Notes: a model not told the origin generated them from the sequence alone. A stretch of 57,299 nt of DNA from Promethearchaeota archaeon (GCA_048941015.1 JBHLNZ010000014.1:1-57299), one strand, 5' to 3'; counted from the stretch's first letter, positions 1 to 10,382 are shown. Program-made: numbers and translations.

Positions 1-1
1 T

Positions 2-94
2 TATGTTCCAAGAATGCTTTTGTCTTATAATAATGTAGTTTTAACTGAATTGCTAGAAAAAAAAGATAAAGATGATAGTATTAAAAAAAATTAA
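2..94 (+). CDS. 3' end of a gene entering from the left edge (unknown product)
   Basis: Open frame from position 2: YVPRMLLSYNNVVLTELLEKKDKDDSIKKN*, TAA at 92-94; too short to assign. Confidence 0.45.
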   Translation, partial: YVPRMLLSYNNVVLTELLEKKDKDDSIKKN

Positions 95-121
95 ATCTAT
101 TCATTTAGAGGTTATGAATCG

Positions 122-247
122 CTGCCTGTAGCAAAATCATCACGGATTTCAAATAAGAGAAGATGGTATACATTATTTATAATCTTGCTTTTTATAATTA
201 GTGCTATTACGACTGCTATTATAATTGCATTACAGTCGCCTTCTTAA
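122..247 (+). CDS. Putative 41-aa single-TM microprotein (CTG start)
   Basis: Manual translation: (M)PVAKSSRISNKRRWYTLFIILLFIISAITTAIIIALQSPS*. Basic patch then a hydrophobic helix; GAGGT at 108-112; the stop overlaps the convergent mttB stop (TTAA 244-247). Confidence 0.35.
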   Translation: MPVAKSSRISNKRRWYTLFIILLFIISAITTAIIIALQSPS

Positions 248-1773
248 TCATTTTCCTTCCGTATTTCAATTCCATCGGGTAATGTAATACTATCAGCCGT
301 TAAGCCTTCAGCTTTCTTATAATCATCAAATGATCTTGCTTCTACCATTTTGATATAATTTAGTAGGTCATTTTCTATATTTTTTGGCCATTCTGTCACT
401 TGATGATTTTTCAGTGCCATTTCAACTTTCTCTTGTGCTCTTAAAATAATATCCTTTGCTCCCTTCTTATACCAAGTTGATCTTCTGTTTCTATCAGCAA
501 GTATGGGAAAATATAATTCTTTTTTCATATGGTCTCTAGTATGCTTCTCAGCGAGAAAATTCACTCCTTTCTTTTCACTGGTTGCTACTTTTTTAATTAC
601 TTCCAATCCTATAGTATCTTCATTCACATTGATACCTTCAATAGCTCTTTCTATCATCCCTATAATATCATCATCAATAACAAGTAATTCCAATGCTTCT
701 ACTAGCGTCGCTTCATAGGTCCCTGCACAGGTAATATAATTAATACCTGCCTGCGCAGCAAGTAATAATGTTTGATAGCGTTCAAACCCATTCTGTATAT
801 CTAAAACTTTTGAATCACTAACCCCTCCAGGACCTCGTGAAGGTATATTATAATATCGTCCAAGTTGAGCAATTCCAGCAGTTATAAGGCCTGTTTCCGG
901 GGATCCCATTGCAGAGTTTCCAGTCCTCATATCTGTAATGTGAGATACAGTCCCATAGAATATGGGTGCTCCAGGATTATATAATTGAGAAAGAACGATA
1001 CTTCCAAGAATTTCTACATTAGTTTGTGTTAAAAGTCCTGCTAATGTTACTGGAGCCGATGCTCCAGCTAATGCTTCTGGAGCAATTATAGTAGGTTGTT
1101 TATATTTCGCAAATATTTCAAAACCGTTTGTCATAATCTGTGGAAGGTGTAATGGACTTGTAGGGTTCATAAATCCTATAAATCTAGGTCGTCTGATTAA
1201 CTCTTGTTCCCCTCCTACGATTATCGAAGCCATTTTCATCATATCTGTACTTGCTAGTCTTCCAAGACATCCCAATCCATAAGGCTTTTTAGTATTTTTT
1301 GCCCATTGATAAATACAATGTGCATGAATTGCAATATAAGAAATATCATTGGGCCAAACGTCTATATGGGAGCAATGAATATTCCTCAAGCTATCAACAA
1401 CGCGTATCTGTTTGATAGTATCATCTAATATTGTTTTCCTTACTCCACGTTTATGGGATGGGTCGAAAATCTTTACTGGAGTACCAATTGTAGCATACTG
1501 TGTAGATTTCGTATTTACTTCAAAATGAAATGAGCCATCAGGACCATATAATTTAAAAGATCTGGGTACTGTTTTAAGAGTCTCTTTTAATAAAGTTTCA
1601 GGGATTTTTACGAATAAAGTTTTATCATCTACTTCAGCTCCATTTTCTTTAAAGAGATCTCTTGTATCTTTAGCATCTGTCTTTATGCCTACAGAGGTAA
1701 GTAATTCAATCGAAGCTGAATGAATGTGTTCAACTTCATCTTTTGAAAGTACTTCTAAAGGTTTTAACCTCAT
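244..1773 (-). CDS. mttB: Trimethylamine methyltransferase MttB-superfamily protein, non-pyrrolysine
   Basis: Motifs LEVLSKDEVEHIH, NPTSPL, GASAPVTLAG, GSPETG, SDSKVLDIQNGFE; Val (GGVSDSK) at the position where Pyl-type MttB has Pyl; no in-frame TAG. Confidence 0.9.
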   Translation of the reverse strand: MRLKPLEVLSKDEVEHIHSASIELLTSVGIKTDAKDTRDLFKENGAEVDDKTLFVKIPETLLKETLKTVPRSFKLYGPDGSFHFEVNTKSTQYATIGTPVKIFDPSHKRGVRKTILDDTIKQIRVVDSLRNIHCSHIDVWPNDISYIAIHAHCIYQWAKNTKKPYGLGCLGRLASTDMMKMASIIVGGEQELIRRPRFIGFMNPTSPLHLPQIMTNGFEIFAKYKQPTIIAPEALAGASAPVTLAGLLTQTNVEILGSIVLSQLYNPGAPIFYGTVSHITDMRTGNSAMGSPETGLITAGIAQLGRYYNIPSRGPGGVSDSKVLDIQNGFERYQTLLLAAQAGINYITCAGTYEATLVEALELLVIDDDIIGMIERAIEGINVNEDTIGLEVIKKVATSEKKGVNFLAEKHTRDHMKKELYFPILADRNRRSTWYKKGAKDIILRAQEKVEMALKNHQVTEWPKNIENDLLNYIKMVEARSFDDYKKAEGLTADSITLPDGIEIRKEND

Positions 1774-1787
1774 AATTATTCTCTTTT

Positions 1788-2432
1788 TTATTTTGATATT
1801 AATTTCTTTACTAATTTAACTGCTTCAATCGCATCATCAGCCCAACCATCTGCACCTATTTGATCTGCCCAATCTTCTGTAGTAGGTGACCCACCAACAA
1901 TTACTTTATACTTTTCTCTTAAGCCTCTTTTCTTTAATTCATTTATTATTTGGCGTTGAAAATCCATGGACATTGTTAAAAGAGAAGAGAGTCCAATAAT
2001 CTGGGCACCAACTTCCTCTGCTTTCGATATAAATTGATCGGCAGTAACCTCAACTCCTAAATTATATACTTCAAAACCATTCGAAAATAAAAAAGAAGCT
2101 ACTAAATCCTTACCAATACTATGTACATCACTTTCCACAGTTCCAATAACTACTTTTCCTATAGTTTCTTTTTCATCCCCTGCTGCTCTAATTGCTGGAT
2201 CTAAAACTTCATCTATTGCAGCTTTAACAGTTTCAGCAGAACCAATTAACTCAGGTAAAAATATCTCCTCATTTTCAAATTGATCTCCAACAAATTTCAT
2301 TACATTACCAATTATTTTTAAAAGTTCTTGAGCATTTATTTCTTGATTTTCAAGTAGTGATTGGCATAGATTTTTTAAACCTTCTTCATCCCATTCAGTT
2401 ACAAGATCTTTTAACTTTTCTTCTAAAGACAT
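1788..2432 (-). CDS. Methyltransferase corrinoid (B12-binding) protein, MttC-like
   Basis: Cap domain (VGDQFENEEIFLPEL), cobalamin motif DVHSIGK (DxHxxG), SSLLT, VIVGG, IGAD. Confidence 0.92.
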   Translation of the reverse strand: MSLEEKLKDLVTEWDEEGLKNLCQSLLENQEINAQELLKIIGNVMKFVGDQFENEEIFLPELIGSAETVKAAIDEVLDPAIRAAGDEKETIGKVVIGTVESDVHSIGKDLVASFLFSNGFEVYNLGVEVTADQFISKAEEVGAQIIGLSSLLTMSMDFQRQIINELKKRGLREKYKVIVGGSPTTEDWADQIGADGWADDAIEAVKLVKKLISK

Positions 2433-2598
2433 CTTTTTACATCTTTTTGAAATGAAGACTAATTACTTTATATCTAACAATTAGTAAAAGATAAAGTTTT
2501 TCAAAAAGTAGATAAGCTAACGGCTAATAATATTAAAATATTAGATTTAAAATTAAATTGATTATAATTTGAAAATATTTGTTAAAAATTGACGACGT

Positions 2599-4104
2599 AT
2601 GCGATTGAATCAAATTAAGGTATTAGAAAATGATGAGATTCAAATTATTCATAACAATACTCTTGATTTATTAGAAAAAGTAGGAGTAAAAATTGAATCA
2701 GATGAAGCTAAGAATTTATTAAAAAAGAACGGTGCTATTGTAGAAAAAGATAATGATTATGTCAAATTTCCAGAATCTTTTATCAAAGAGCAATTGAAAA
2801 AAGTTCCTGATTCCTTTAAATTATGGGGTTCTGATGGATCATTCAGTTTTGAAGTAGATACAAAAAACACACAATATGCAACTGTAGGTACTCCTATTAA
2901 AATCTACGATCCATCTTCGAAAAAAGGAATTAGAAAAACCGTTTTAGAAGATACCATCAAACAGATTCGAATTGTAGATAGTTTAAAAAATATTATGTGT
3001 TCACATGTAGATGTGTGGCCAAATGATGTACCCTATTTAGAAACTCATTATCATGCAATAAAGGCTTGGGCAGAAAATAGTTATAAACCATATGGACTTG
3101 GATGCTATGGTAGAGTTGCTAGTCAAGATATGATGCATTTAACGTCCCTTATAGTTGGAGGTGAAGATGAATTAAAATCTAAACCCCGTTTAATCGGTTT
3201 TTTTAATCCTACAAGTCCTCTAATGTTAACTAAAATTTTATTAAATGGTTTATTTGTTTTTGCGAAGTATAACCAACCTACAATAATCGCTCCAGCAGCT
3301 AGTGCAGGAGCTACAGCACCCGTAACATTAGCAGGGTTATTAGTTCAATCTAATATGGAAATATTGTCTTCTATAGTTCTTACTCAATTAATTAATCCTG
3401 GTTGTCCTGTATTTTATTCTTCAATGAATGCCCCCATGGATCCCCCTACTGGAAATGTTGCTTGGGGCTCGATAGAAACCGGATTAATTACTGGAGCAAC
3501 GGCTCAATTAGGGCGATTTTATAATATCCCATCACGTGGTCCCGGAGCAGTAACAGAATCTAAATGTTTTGATATACAGAATGGATTCGAGCGTTTTATG
3601 ACTTTATTTTATGCCGCAAATTCCGGTATAAATTATATTACCTGTGCAGGAACTTACGAATCTTCTTTAGCTGAAGCCCTAGAACTTTTAGTTGTTGATG
3701 ATGAATTAATCGATATAATCAAGCGTGGGATGAACGGTATTAGAGTTAATGATGAAACTCTTGCTATAGATGAAATAAAAAGAGTAGCAAATGAAGGAAA
3801 AAATTATTTGATGTTAAAACATACAGCTAAAAATACTCGAAAAGAAATTTTTGTGCCAAAACTTGCCAATCGTGACCGTAGGGGCACATGGATAAAGCAA
3901 GGAGCAAAAGATATAATTTTAACTGCAAGAGAGAAGGTGGAATCTATATTGAAAGAACAAAAAGGTCCAGGTATTAATCCAAATGTTGAGAAAAACTTTA
4001 AGGAATATTTTAAAATTATTTCATCAAGAACTTATGATGATTTTCGGAAAGCAGAAAATCTTGATGACACATCTGAGGTCAAGGGTATAATAGGGGAAGA
4101 GTGA
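2599..4104 (+). CDS. mttB: Second non-pyrrolysine MttB-superfamily methyltransferase
   Basis: Paralog of 244..1773 (QYATVGTPIKIYDPS, TIKQIRIVDSL, GINYITCAGTYE); Val (GAVTESK) at the Pyl position. Confidence 0.9.
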   Translation: MRLNQIKVLENDEIQIIHNNTLDLLEKVGVKIESDEAKNLLKKNGAIVEKDNDYVKFPESFIKEQLKKVPDSFKLWGSDGSFSFEVDTKNTQYATVGTPIKIYDPSSKKGIRKTVLEDTIKQIRIVDSLKNIMCSHVDVWPNDVPYLETHYHAIKAWAENSYKPYGLGCYGRVASQDMMHLTSLIVGGEDELKSKPRLIGFFNPTSPLMLTKILLNGLFVFAKYNQPTIIAPAASAGATAPVTLAGLLVQSNMEILSSIVLTQLINPGCPVFYSSMNAPMDPPTGNVAWGSIETGLITGATAQLGRFYNIPSRGPGAVTESKCFDIQNGFERFMTLFYAANSGINYITCAGTYESSLAEALELLVVDDELIDIIKRGMNGIRVNDETLAIDEIKRVANEGKNYLMLKHTAKNTRKEIFVPKLANRDRRGTWIKQGAKDIILTAREKVESILKEQKGPGINPNVEKNFKEYFKIISSRTYDDFRKAENLDDTSEVKGIIGEE

Positions 4105-5387
4105 TCAAGATGGAACAGAGAAAAAAACCATATAGTGAAGTTATAAAGGAACATAGAAAGGTTTGGGATAAATTTAAATTTGATACTCAGCAAATAAGAG
4201 CCGGAGAAGATCCTTATCCTGAAACATCTCACAGTATCCGAACTCCAATTTATGCTGCTAAATCCTATACCTATACGACATTATCGGAACTAATGAAACA
4301 TAATTATTTTTACGCCCGAACAGAAAATCCTACTGTATATGCACTAGACAATAAATTAGCTACACTCCATGGAGGGGAAAGTGGTCTTTCAGTCGCTTCT
4401 GGAATGGCAGCAGTTCACTTAGCATGCTCAAGCGTCTTTCAGGAAAGAATAGAACGTGTTCGACCTAAAAAAGTAAAAAACTTTCTCCCTCAGTCCAAAC
4501 CTGATGAGATCCCAAATATTTTAATCCATACTAACCTATATACCGGGGTTTACAGATTAATTACGAAATTGTATCCTCAAATGGGAATTGAATTTCGACA
4601 AGTAAACATGTGTAATTTAAATGAACTTAAAAATGCGATTGATAATAATTCCAGATTAATTATATTTGAGACTCCAGCAAATCCTTCTCTTGATATAATT
4701 GACATAGAAGCATGCGCTAATTTGATTCATGAAGTTGGAGGGAAATGTATTGTTGATAATACATTTGCATCACCTGCCCTTCAGCGACCACTTGAATTTG
4801 GAGCTGACTTAATAGTCGAAAGCCTCACAAAGTATATTAATGGGCATGGGGATGCGATGGGGGGAGCAATTATTGGTCCTAAAACTGAAATCCAAAATAT
4901 TAAATATTTTTGGCTGGAAACCCAAGGTCACGTATTAAGTCCTTTTAGTGCTTGGTTAATTTTACGGGGATGCCGAACTTTAAGTCTTAGAATGGAGAAA
5001 CATTGCTCAAATGCGTATCAAATTGCTGAGTATTTAAATAGTAATCCGAAAGTTTCTAAAGTTATTTATCCTGGCTTTGAATCGCATCCTGGACATGAAA
5101 TTGCCAAAAAGCAAATGAGTAATTTCGGAGGTATGATAGGCTTTGAGTTAAATTCTGTAGAAGAAAGTAATAAATTTATAGAGCTGCTCAAGTTAATTAA
5201 AGTTGGAGTATCTTTAGGTGATACTACATCCCTTATTGAAAATACATCTATAATGTTAGGAATAGATCTAGCATCTTGGGAAAAAAAATTCATGAATATT
5301 TCAGATACCCATTTTAGATTTTCTGTTGGTTTAGAGGATCCTGAAGATTTAATTCAAGATTTAGAACAAGCTTTAAATAAAATATAA
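4101..5387 (+). CDS. Cys/Met metabolism PLP-dependent enzyme (methionine gamma-lyase / cystathionine gamma-synthase-like)
   Basis: YARTENPT, SGMAA, ETPANP, DNTFASP, PLP lysine in SLTKYINGHGD, VSLG, RFSVGLED; GTGA overlap with upstream mttB (ATG at 4110 is an alternative start). Confidence 0.88.
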   Translation: MIKMEQRKKPYSEVIKEHRKVWDKFKFDTQQIRAGEDPYPETSHSIRTPIYAAKSYTYTTLSELMKHNYFYARTENPTVYALDNKLATLHGGESGLSVASGMAAVHLACSSVFQERIERVRPKKVKNFLPQSKPDEIPNILIHTNLYTGVYRLITKLYPQMGIEFRQVNMCNLNELKNAIDNNSRLIIFETPANPSLDIIDIEACANLIHEVGGKCIVDNTFASPALQRPLEFGADLIVESLTKYINGHGDAMGGAIIGPKTEIQNIKYFWLETQGHVLSPFSAWLILRGCRTLSLRMEKHCSNAYQIAEYLNSNPKVSKVIYPGFESHPGHEIAKKQMSNFGGMIGFELNSVEESNKFIELLKLIKVGVSLGDTTSLIENTSIMLGIDLASWEKKFMNISDTHFRFSVGLEDPEDLIQDLEQALNKI

Positions 5388-5398
5388 AAAAAAGAAAT

Positions 5399-6784
5399 TT
5401 AAGTAGATTTAACTTTATCCATTTTTTCCTGATGGAGCTCGTTAAGTTTTACTTTCATCTCAAGTACTTTTTTCTTAGTAAATGGAAAGAAATAAAGGCA
5501 AACCAAAGAAATTCCAAGAGCTATGCCAGGGACGATTACAAATAAAAATCTTAGCCCAAAAATGACATCTACACCTGGAGTTGGGGCATATTCATCCCAC
5601 CCAGTTTGAATGAAAACAGTACCGACAATAAGTATTGACAAAATCATTGATAATCGCATGAAAAAGTTAGAAATTCCAAAAAATATGCCTTCTCGTCTGA
5701 ATCCTGTTTTTAGTTCATCGTCATCAATCACATCTGCAACAATATACCAAATAAAGTAAAGCATTCCTCCAAAACCGATTCCCATAAAAATTACGACAAT
5801 TATTGCCCACCAGAATGAGGAAATGAACAGCATTGGGATCGAAGCAGCAAAATATAAAACCATAGAAATTCCATACCCGATCCTGCTACCCAATTTAATA
5901 TCCAATTTTTTCCAAACGTACATAAAAGCAATGCCTACAATGTATAAAAGTCCCATTAAGATTGAAACAGCTAACGAACTTGAAATAAATCCAAGTGTAT
6001 CAGTATGAAGTATATGCACCCCGAATAAAGGAACGATTGTAGCTAGTAATAAAAGAATGAACTCGTATAAGAAAAACATTATAATGTAAAGGATGAATCC
6101 TATATTCTTAAAAGCGTATCCTAATCCCTGAAAAAGCGAAAAATTCTGCTGATAATCAAGTTTGAATTCTTCTCTTTCTTTGGCACCCCATTTCAAGAAA
6201 ATAATCAATGAAATTCCTACAATAATTGCAGTAACAATACCATTCATAAGATATCCATCTCTAGTATCAGTTTCTCCAATAAGAAAGCCCGGAACGAGAG
6301 CTGCTAGTATTAAACCTACTGCTGCTAAAATTTGTCGTATAGTGTTTACTTGTGTTCGTTCTTCAACAGATGTGTAAAGTTCGGGAAAGAGTGAATCTGT
6401 AGGAAGAGCTATTAAAGTATAAGAGGTGTCATAGAGCAATAACATTATTAGAAGGTAAAAGAATTGTGCCATTTCTCCTCCCAGAGGTGGAAGCCAAATT
6501 AAAATTTCTAATGCCAAAACTGGAATAAAACCTATCATAATATATATTCGGCGACGTCCAAACTTGGTATGGGTTCTATCTGAGAGATAACCAATCAAAG
6601 GATCATTAAATGCATTCCAAATAGTCCATATGATATATGCCATCATTATTAGACCCACATTTAATCCTACGGCAGCAAAATAAAATGTAAATACCCATAA
6701 GTTAAAGGCACTGTTGATAAACCATTCTACACCATTACCTAATGAAAAAGCCCATTTTTGACCTTTGCTAAATCGCATACCCAT
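5399..6784 (-). CDS. MFS glycoside-pentoside-hexuronide (MelB/GPH-like) transporter
   Basis: WNAFNDPLIGYLSDRTHTKFGRRR and ADVIDDDELKTGFRREG motifs; about 12 hydrophobic segments. Confidence 0.9.
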   Translation of the reverse strand: MGMRFSKGQKWAFSLGNGVEWFINSAFNLWVFTFYFAAVGLNVGLIMMAYIIWTIWNAFNDPLIGYLSDRTHTKFGRRRIYIMIGFIPVLALEILIWLPPLGGEMAQFFYLLIMLLLYDTSYTLIALPTDSLFPELYTSVEERTQVNTIRQILAAVGLILAALVPGFLIGETDTRDGYLMNGIVTAIIVGISLIIFLKWGAKEREEFKLDYQQNFSLFQGLGYAFKNIGFILYIIMFFLYEFILLLLATIVPLFGVHILHTDTLGFISSSLAVSILMGLLYIVGIAFMYVWKKLDIKLGSRIGYGISMVLYFAASIPMLFISSFWWAIIVVIFMGIGFGGMLYFIWYIVADVIDDDELKTGFRREGIFFGISNFFMRLSMILSILIVGTVFIQTGWDEYAPTPGVDVIFGLRFLFVIVPGIALGISLVCLYFFPFTKKKVLEMKVKLNELHQEKMDKVKST

Positions 6785-6901
6785 CTAATTTCACTTATAG
6801 TTTAAAATATTGTTAATTAGCATAGTGAATCATTATTAATATTTAAATGAAGATAGTAAAGATTATAGACCTATAAATAAATAGCAAGTTACTAATTGGG
6901 T

Positions 6902-7114
6902 TTATTCCCTTGAATATTTTTCAATAATGTAATTCTGAAGGGACCATACATACTTTTCAAGATTTAGAATGAGTAATTTCTGTTGGATTTCTCTTAAATA
7001 CGGTACATTGAGTTTTTTAAATGAAGCGTTAAGAAGATCTATTAAATTAAATATTTCAACAATTATTTTCCAATCTTCTGCCCATTCTACATCTTGAACT
7101 TCTAATTGTTCCAT
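6902..7114 (-). CDS. Small hypothetical helical protein (70 aa)
   Basis: ATG-initiated ORF filling an intergenic gap, with amphipathic-helix composition. Confidence 0.65.
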   Translation of the reverse strand: MEQLEVQDVEWAEDWKIIVEIFNLIDLLNASFKKLNVPYLREIQQKLLILNLEKYVWSLQNYIIEKYSRE

Positions 7115-7251
7115 TTTTTATAATACTTTTTTATTAACCTATATTGACTTTATGAATCGTATAGTAATTAGTATTAAAAAATGTTTAGATATAATTGGTT
7201 TAATGATTTTAAATTAAAATAAAAAAAGAAAGTTAAGTCGTAAATAAAAAT

Positions 7252-7803
7252 TTATTTTTCGGCAATAACTGCTGTACGAGCTAAGTTTTGAGTCAATCGG
7301 AGTCTTTTCCGTGCTGGTTCCTCTGCCGATGAGTTAATTAAAATTCCAATTATTACATCCAATATTAGAAATCCCGTAGCTTTTGATATATTATTAATCG
7401 CATATTGAGCGGGGGTAGTTATTTCTAAACTATTTTCATCAACAGTACGCAATTTTAAAGCCAATTTCCCTACTGTTTGTCCTTTATTAAATGCTTCTAA
7501 AAGCCAGAAATAGCAAAATCCTATCAGAAAATTGTAAAAACTTGTTGCAAACCAAAAGTTGACTAATCCGAGAAAAACTGCTAATGGTGTTGACGCGATA
7601 TTAATAATAATAATGTCAATAAGCCAAGCAATGGCTCTCGGTGCAAATTCTGCATATTTTACATCCGTCGATATAGCTTCAGTTTTAATCGGTTGAACTA
7701 CTTTTTTCCTCTCTTTAAGATCTGCGCCACATGAAGAACAATAAGACGCTCCTATTTCTAATTCAGTTCCACATTTCGGGCAGAATTTTAAATCCATATT
7801 CAT
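7252..7803 (-). CDS. Zinc-ribbon + RDD-family membrane protein
   Basis: CPKCG...CSSCG ribbon; RAIAWLID and GQTVGKLALKLR typical of RDD. Confidence 0.85.
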   Translation of the reverse strand: MNMDLKFCPKCGTELEIGASYCSSCGADLKERKKVVQPIKTEAISTDVKYAEFAPRAIAWLIDIIIINIASTPLAVFLGLVNFWFATSFYNFLIGFCYFWLLEAFNKGQTVGKLALKLRTVDENSLEITTPAQYAINNISKATGFLILDVIIGILINSSAEEPARKRLRLTQNLARTAVIAEK

Positions 7804-7882
7804 TTCCTCTCATTAACTTTGATTATTTTAATTTAGATTATATTTCATAAAAAATATAATTTATGGAGTCCAAATTTAATAT

Positions 7883-9031
7883 TTATAGATATAATTGAAA
7901 ATTACGTTCAATCATATCTTTTGTATCAGTAAATTCTTCTAAATTAATTATTCGATTCAAATCTTGTATATCAATTAACTCATTTTTATATCTCGTCTTA
8001 AATTCAGAAGAAAAGTCTTCAATTAGTTTCTCTAATATGTCATTTTTTTGATTTGTGATAACCATAATAGCGTAACCATATTCAATTTCATATTTTACAA
8101 CAATTTCTGTGTTTTTAGTTTGAAGAATATCAATTTTATCTTCCTTATCTATGAATTCGTTAAGGATATGATTTAATCCAATTAAAACATTCCCCCATGT
8201 AGCGGATTCGTCCTTTAAATGTGAGTCGCTTTCAAAATTATAATTATATAATAAAACACCTGATTTGTGATAAATATTTATTGAAAATATTTTATTTGGA
8301 AGAATAAAAAACAGATTGGGATCTTTAATAAGCATAATATCCATTGCGAAATAGGTTATCCAAATTAGGATAATATACAATTCCCTAAAAAATGTCTCCT
8401 GAATTATGATATATAACATATACATTACCATCGGAATCAAATAAATAATTGAGTTTATGAAAAAGGGTAGTGATACTTCAATTTTCTCTGATTTAACATA
8501 AACATAAGTCGAGATGTATAAAAAATACAAAGTGAGAATAACTTGGAAAGTAATTATTATGATCCCGGCCAATAAGTTAAATTCGTAATTTATTAGAGAA
8601 ATATCAGGAATTAAAAAAGGCAATGGGGTAGCATCGTTAATTATAATAGTTATAGCATTTGGGATTATAACTACTCCAATGAGTAGTCCAAAAAGTAGGG
8701 TATAGGGAATAAAAGGAAAGATTTGAAATTTTCTATATTGTTTAAAGAAGGAGTAGATGATAGATGTGATATTTAATGAGATAAAAATAGATATAATAGA
8801 AAGTTTCCATAATAATAGATTTATATTCATGGACACAAAAAATACAACTGAAAATATAAAAAAAGTTGAAAAAATAATTCCCGAATTAAACACAGTGAGA
8901 GCATTAAAAAAGCCTATAAGTTTAGTTCCATATCTATTACGATTTTGAATTATATAAATAATGGTTATACTACTTAAGCATAGAATAAATATATAACCAA
9001 CAATTAAAGAAATCGATGGAATTAAGCTCAT
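7883..9031 (-). CDS. About 7-TM membrane protein with C-terminal longin-like domain
   Basis: About 240-aa hydrophobic N-terminus; soluble tail IFSINIYHKSGVLLYNYNF...GYAIMVIT...FSSEFKTRY...FTDTKDMIERNF; paralog of 9180..10292. Confidence 0.7.
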   Translation of the reverse strand: MSLIPSISLIVGYIFILCLSSITIIYIIQNRNRYGTKLIGFFNALTVFNSGIIFSTFFIFSVVFFVSMNINLLLWKLSIISIFISLNITSIIYSFFKQYRKFQIFPFIPYTLLFGLLIGVVIIPNAITIIINDATPLPFLIPDISLINYEFNLLAGIIIITFQVILTLYFLYISTYVYVKSEKIEVSLPFFINSIIYLIPMVMYMLYIIIQETFFRELYIILIWITYFAMDIMLIKDPNLFFILPNKIFSINIYHKSGVLLYNYNFESDSHLKDESATWGNVLIGLNHILNEFIDKEDKIDILQTKNTEIVVKYEIEYGYAIMVITNQKNDILEKLIEDFSSEFKTRYKNELIDIQDLNRIINLEEFTDTKDMIERNFQLYL

Positions 9032-9179
9032 AATTATATTATAAATTCTTTTTATTCAGCTTAACATCTACAAATTTTTATATTCTTTTCTTAAATTTAC
9101 TAATATAATTTCTTTACTATTTAAAAGAAGAAGTCTTGTTTATATATAAGCATTATCTTAATGGATTTATTAGAAATAT

Positions 9180-10292
9180 CTAAAAAGATACACTTTTTTT
9201 CACAATATAATGTTTAAACACATCTATTATCAATTTATTAGTGTTTTTAAAAACAGAAATATCAATTAAACCTTTTAAATTCTTCAAATTTACTTTGTTA
9301 AGCTCAGAAAATCTACTCATAAATTTATCAACTGTTTTCTCTAGAGTTATATTCTTATGCTTTGCAACTACCAATATAGCATATCCAAGTTCATTATTAA
9401 AGTTAAAAACAACCCCTCTTTCACTTAATTTAATAAGATTTAACTGATTCTCGATATTAGAGAATTTAGATAATATATGACTGATTCCAATTAGGATACT
9501 TCCTTTTAAGAGTGAGTCATCAGCCTCTTTATTTGTCTGAAAATTATAAGAATAGAGCAAAATACCTGATTTATGAAAGATAATAAAGTTATAAATTTTG
9601 TTCGTAAAAACCAGAAAGAGGGATGGTTTGGTTATGATAATTATAAAAACATATGCGAAATTAATTAGGTAGGAAATTAAATGCAAATACTTATAAAGCA
9701 AACTTAAAGTGAGTATATATGCTGTGTAGAAAAACATGTTTATTAACAGTAAAAAGATATAAATATAATAAAATAAACCAAGATTTTTATCATTAAAATT
9801 CTTAAATCCCCTAATTTGGGAAGTTAATAATAATATAAGAGTGAATACGTTAAATATTAAGATAGAGCTTAATAAAAATATGTCTTGAAATTCATAATTA
9901 TAAAATTTGTTAACTTGATTAATATTAAACAAATTTATGTCGAACAGTAACGCTATAACTAGTCCTTCAATAAAATTATAAAAAAATATCGAGATAAATC
10001 TGAATCTACTACCTTTATGTAATTCAATGCTATAAATTGTTGTCCAAAGTCCGATTGAAAAAAGTCTGCTAAATAAAGAAATTTTCCATAAATTAGTGGC
10101 AATATCAAGATTATATATTTTTTCAGTAGAAAGGTTAAATGATAGGAAAAAAATTAGCTCACTGATAAAATATATTATTACAATAATAAAGAAACTAAGC
10201 TCAGCTTCATATTTCTTTCTTTTAATTATTACGTAAATTAATCCAATTATTAAAATTAAGAGAAAAATTGAGATAAATATGATGGCAGACAT
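9180..10292 (-). CDS. About 7-TM membrane protein with C-terminal longin-like domain
   Basis: Same architecture; tail IYNFIIFHKSGILLYSYNF...ILIGISHIL...GYAILVVA...FKNTNKLIIDVF. Confidence 0.7.
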   Translation of the reverse strand: MSAIIFISIFLLILIIGLIYVIIKRKKYEAELSFFIIVIIYFISELIFFLSFNLSTEKIYNLDIATNLWKISLFSRLFSIGLWTTIYSIELHKGSRFRFISIFFYNFIEGLVIALLFDINLFNINQVNKFYNYEFQDIFLLSSILIFNVFTLILLLTSQIRGFKNFNDKNLGLFYYIYIFLLLINMFFYTAYILTLSLLYKYLHLISYLINFAYVFIIIITKPSLFLVFTNKIYNFIIFHKSGILLYSYNFQTNKEADDSLLKGSILIGISHILSKFSNIENQLNLIKLSERGVVFNFNNELGYAILVVAKHKNITLEKTVDKFMSRFSELNKVNLKNLKGLIDISVFKNTNKLIIDVFKHYIVKKSVSF

Positions 10293-10382
10293 TTACCAAA
10301 TGGATATCTATTTAGAATTATTTTTTCAAAATACTTATTACTTAATACTATATAAATATTGGTTTAAAAAAGTATAAGATTT

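Noticed and set aside
244-4104. Pyrrolysine-dependent trimethylamine methyltransferase or methanogenesis
   Set aside because: Neither MttB has an in-frame TAG; Val occupies the Pyl position; no pyl or mcr genes in the window
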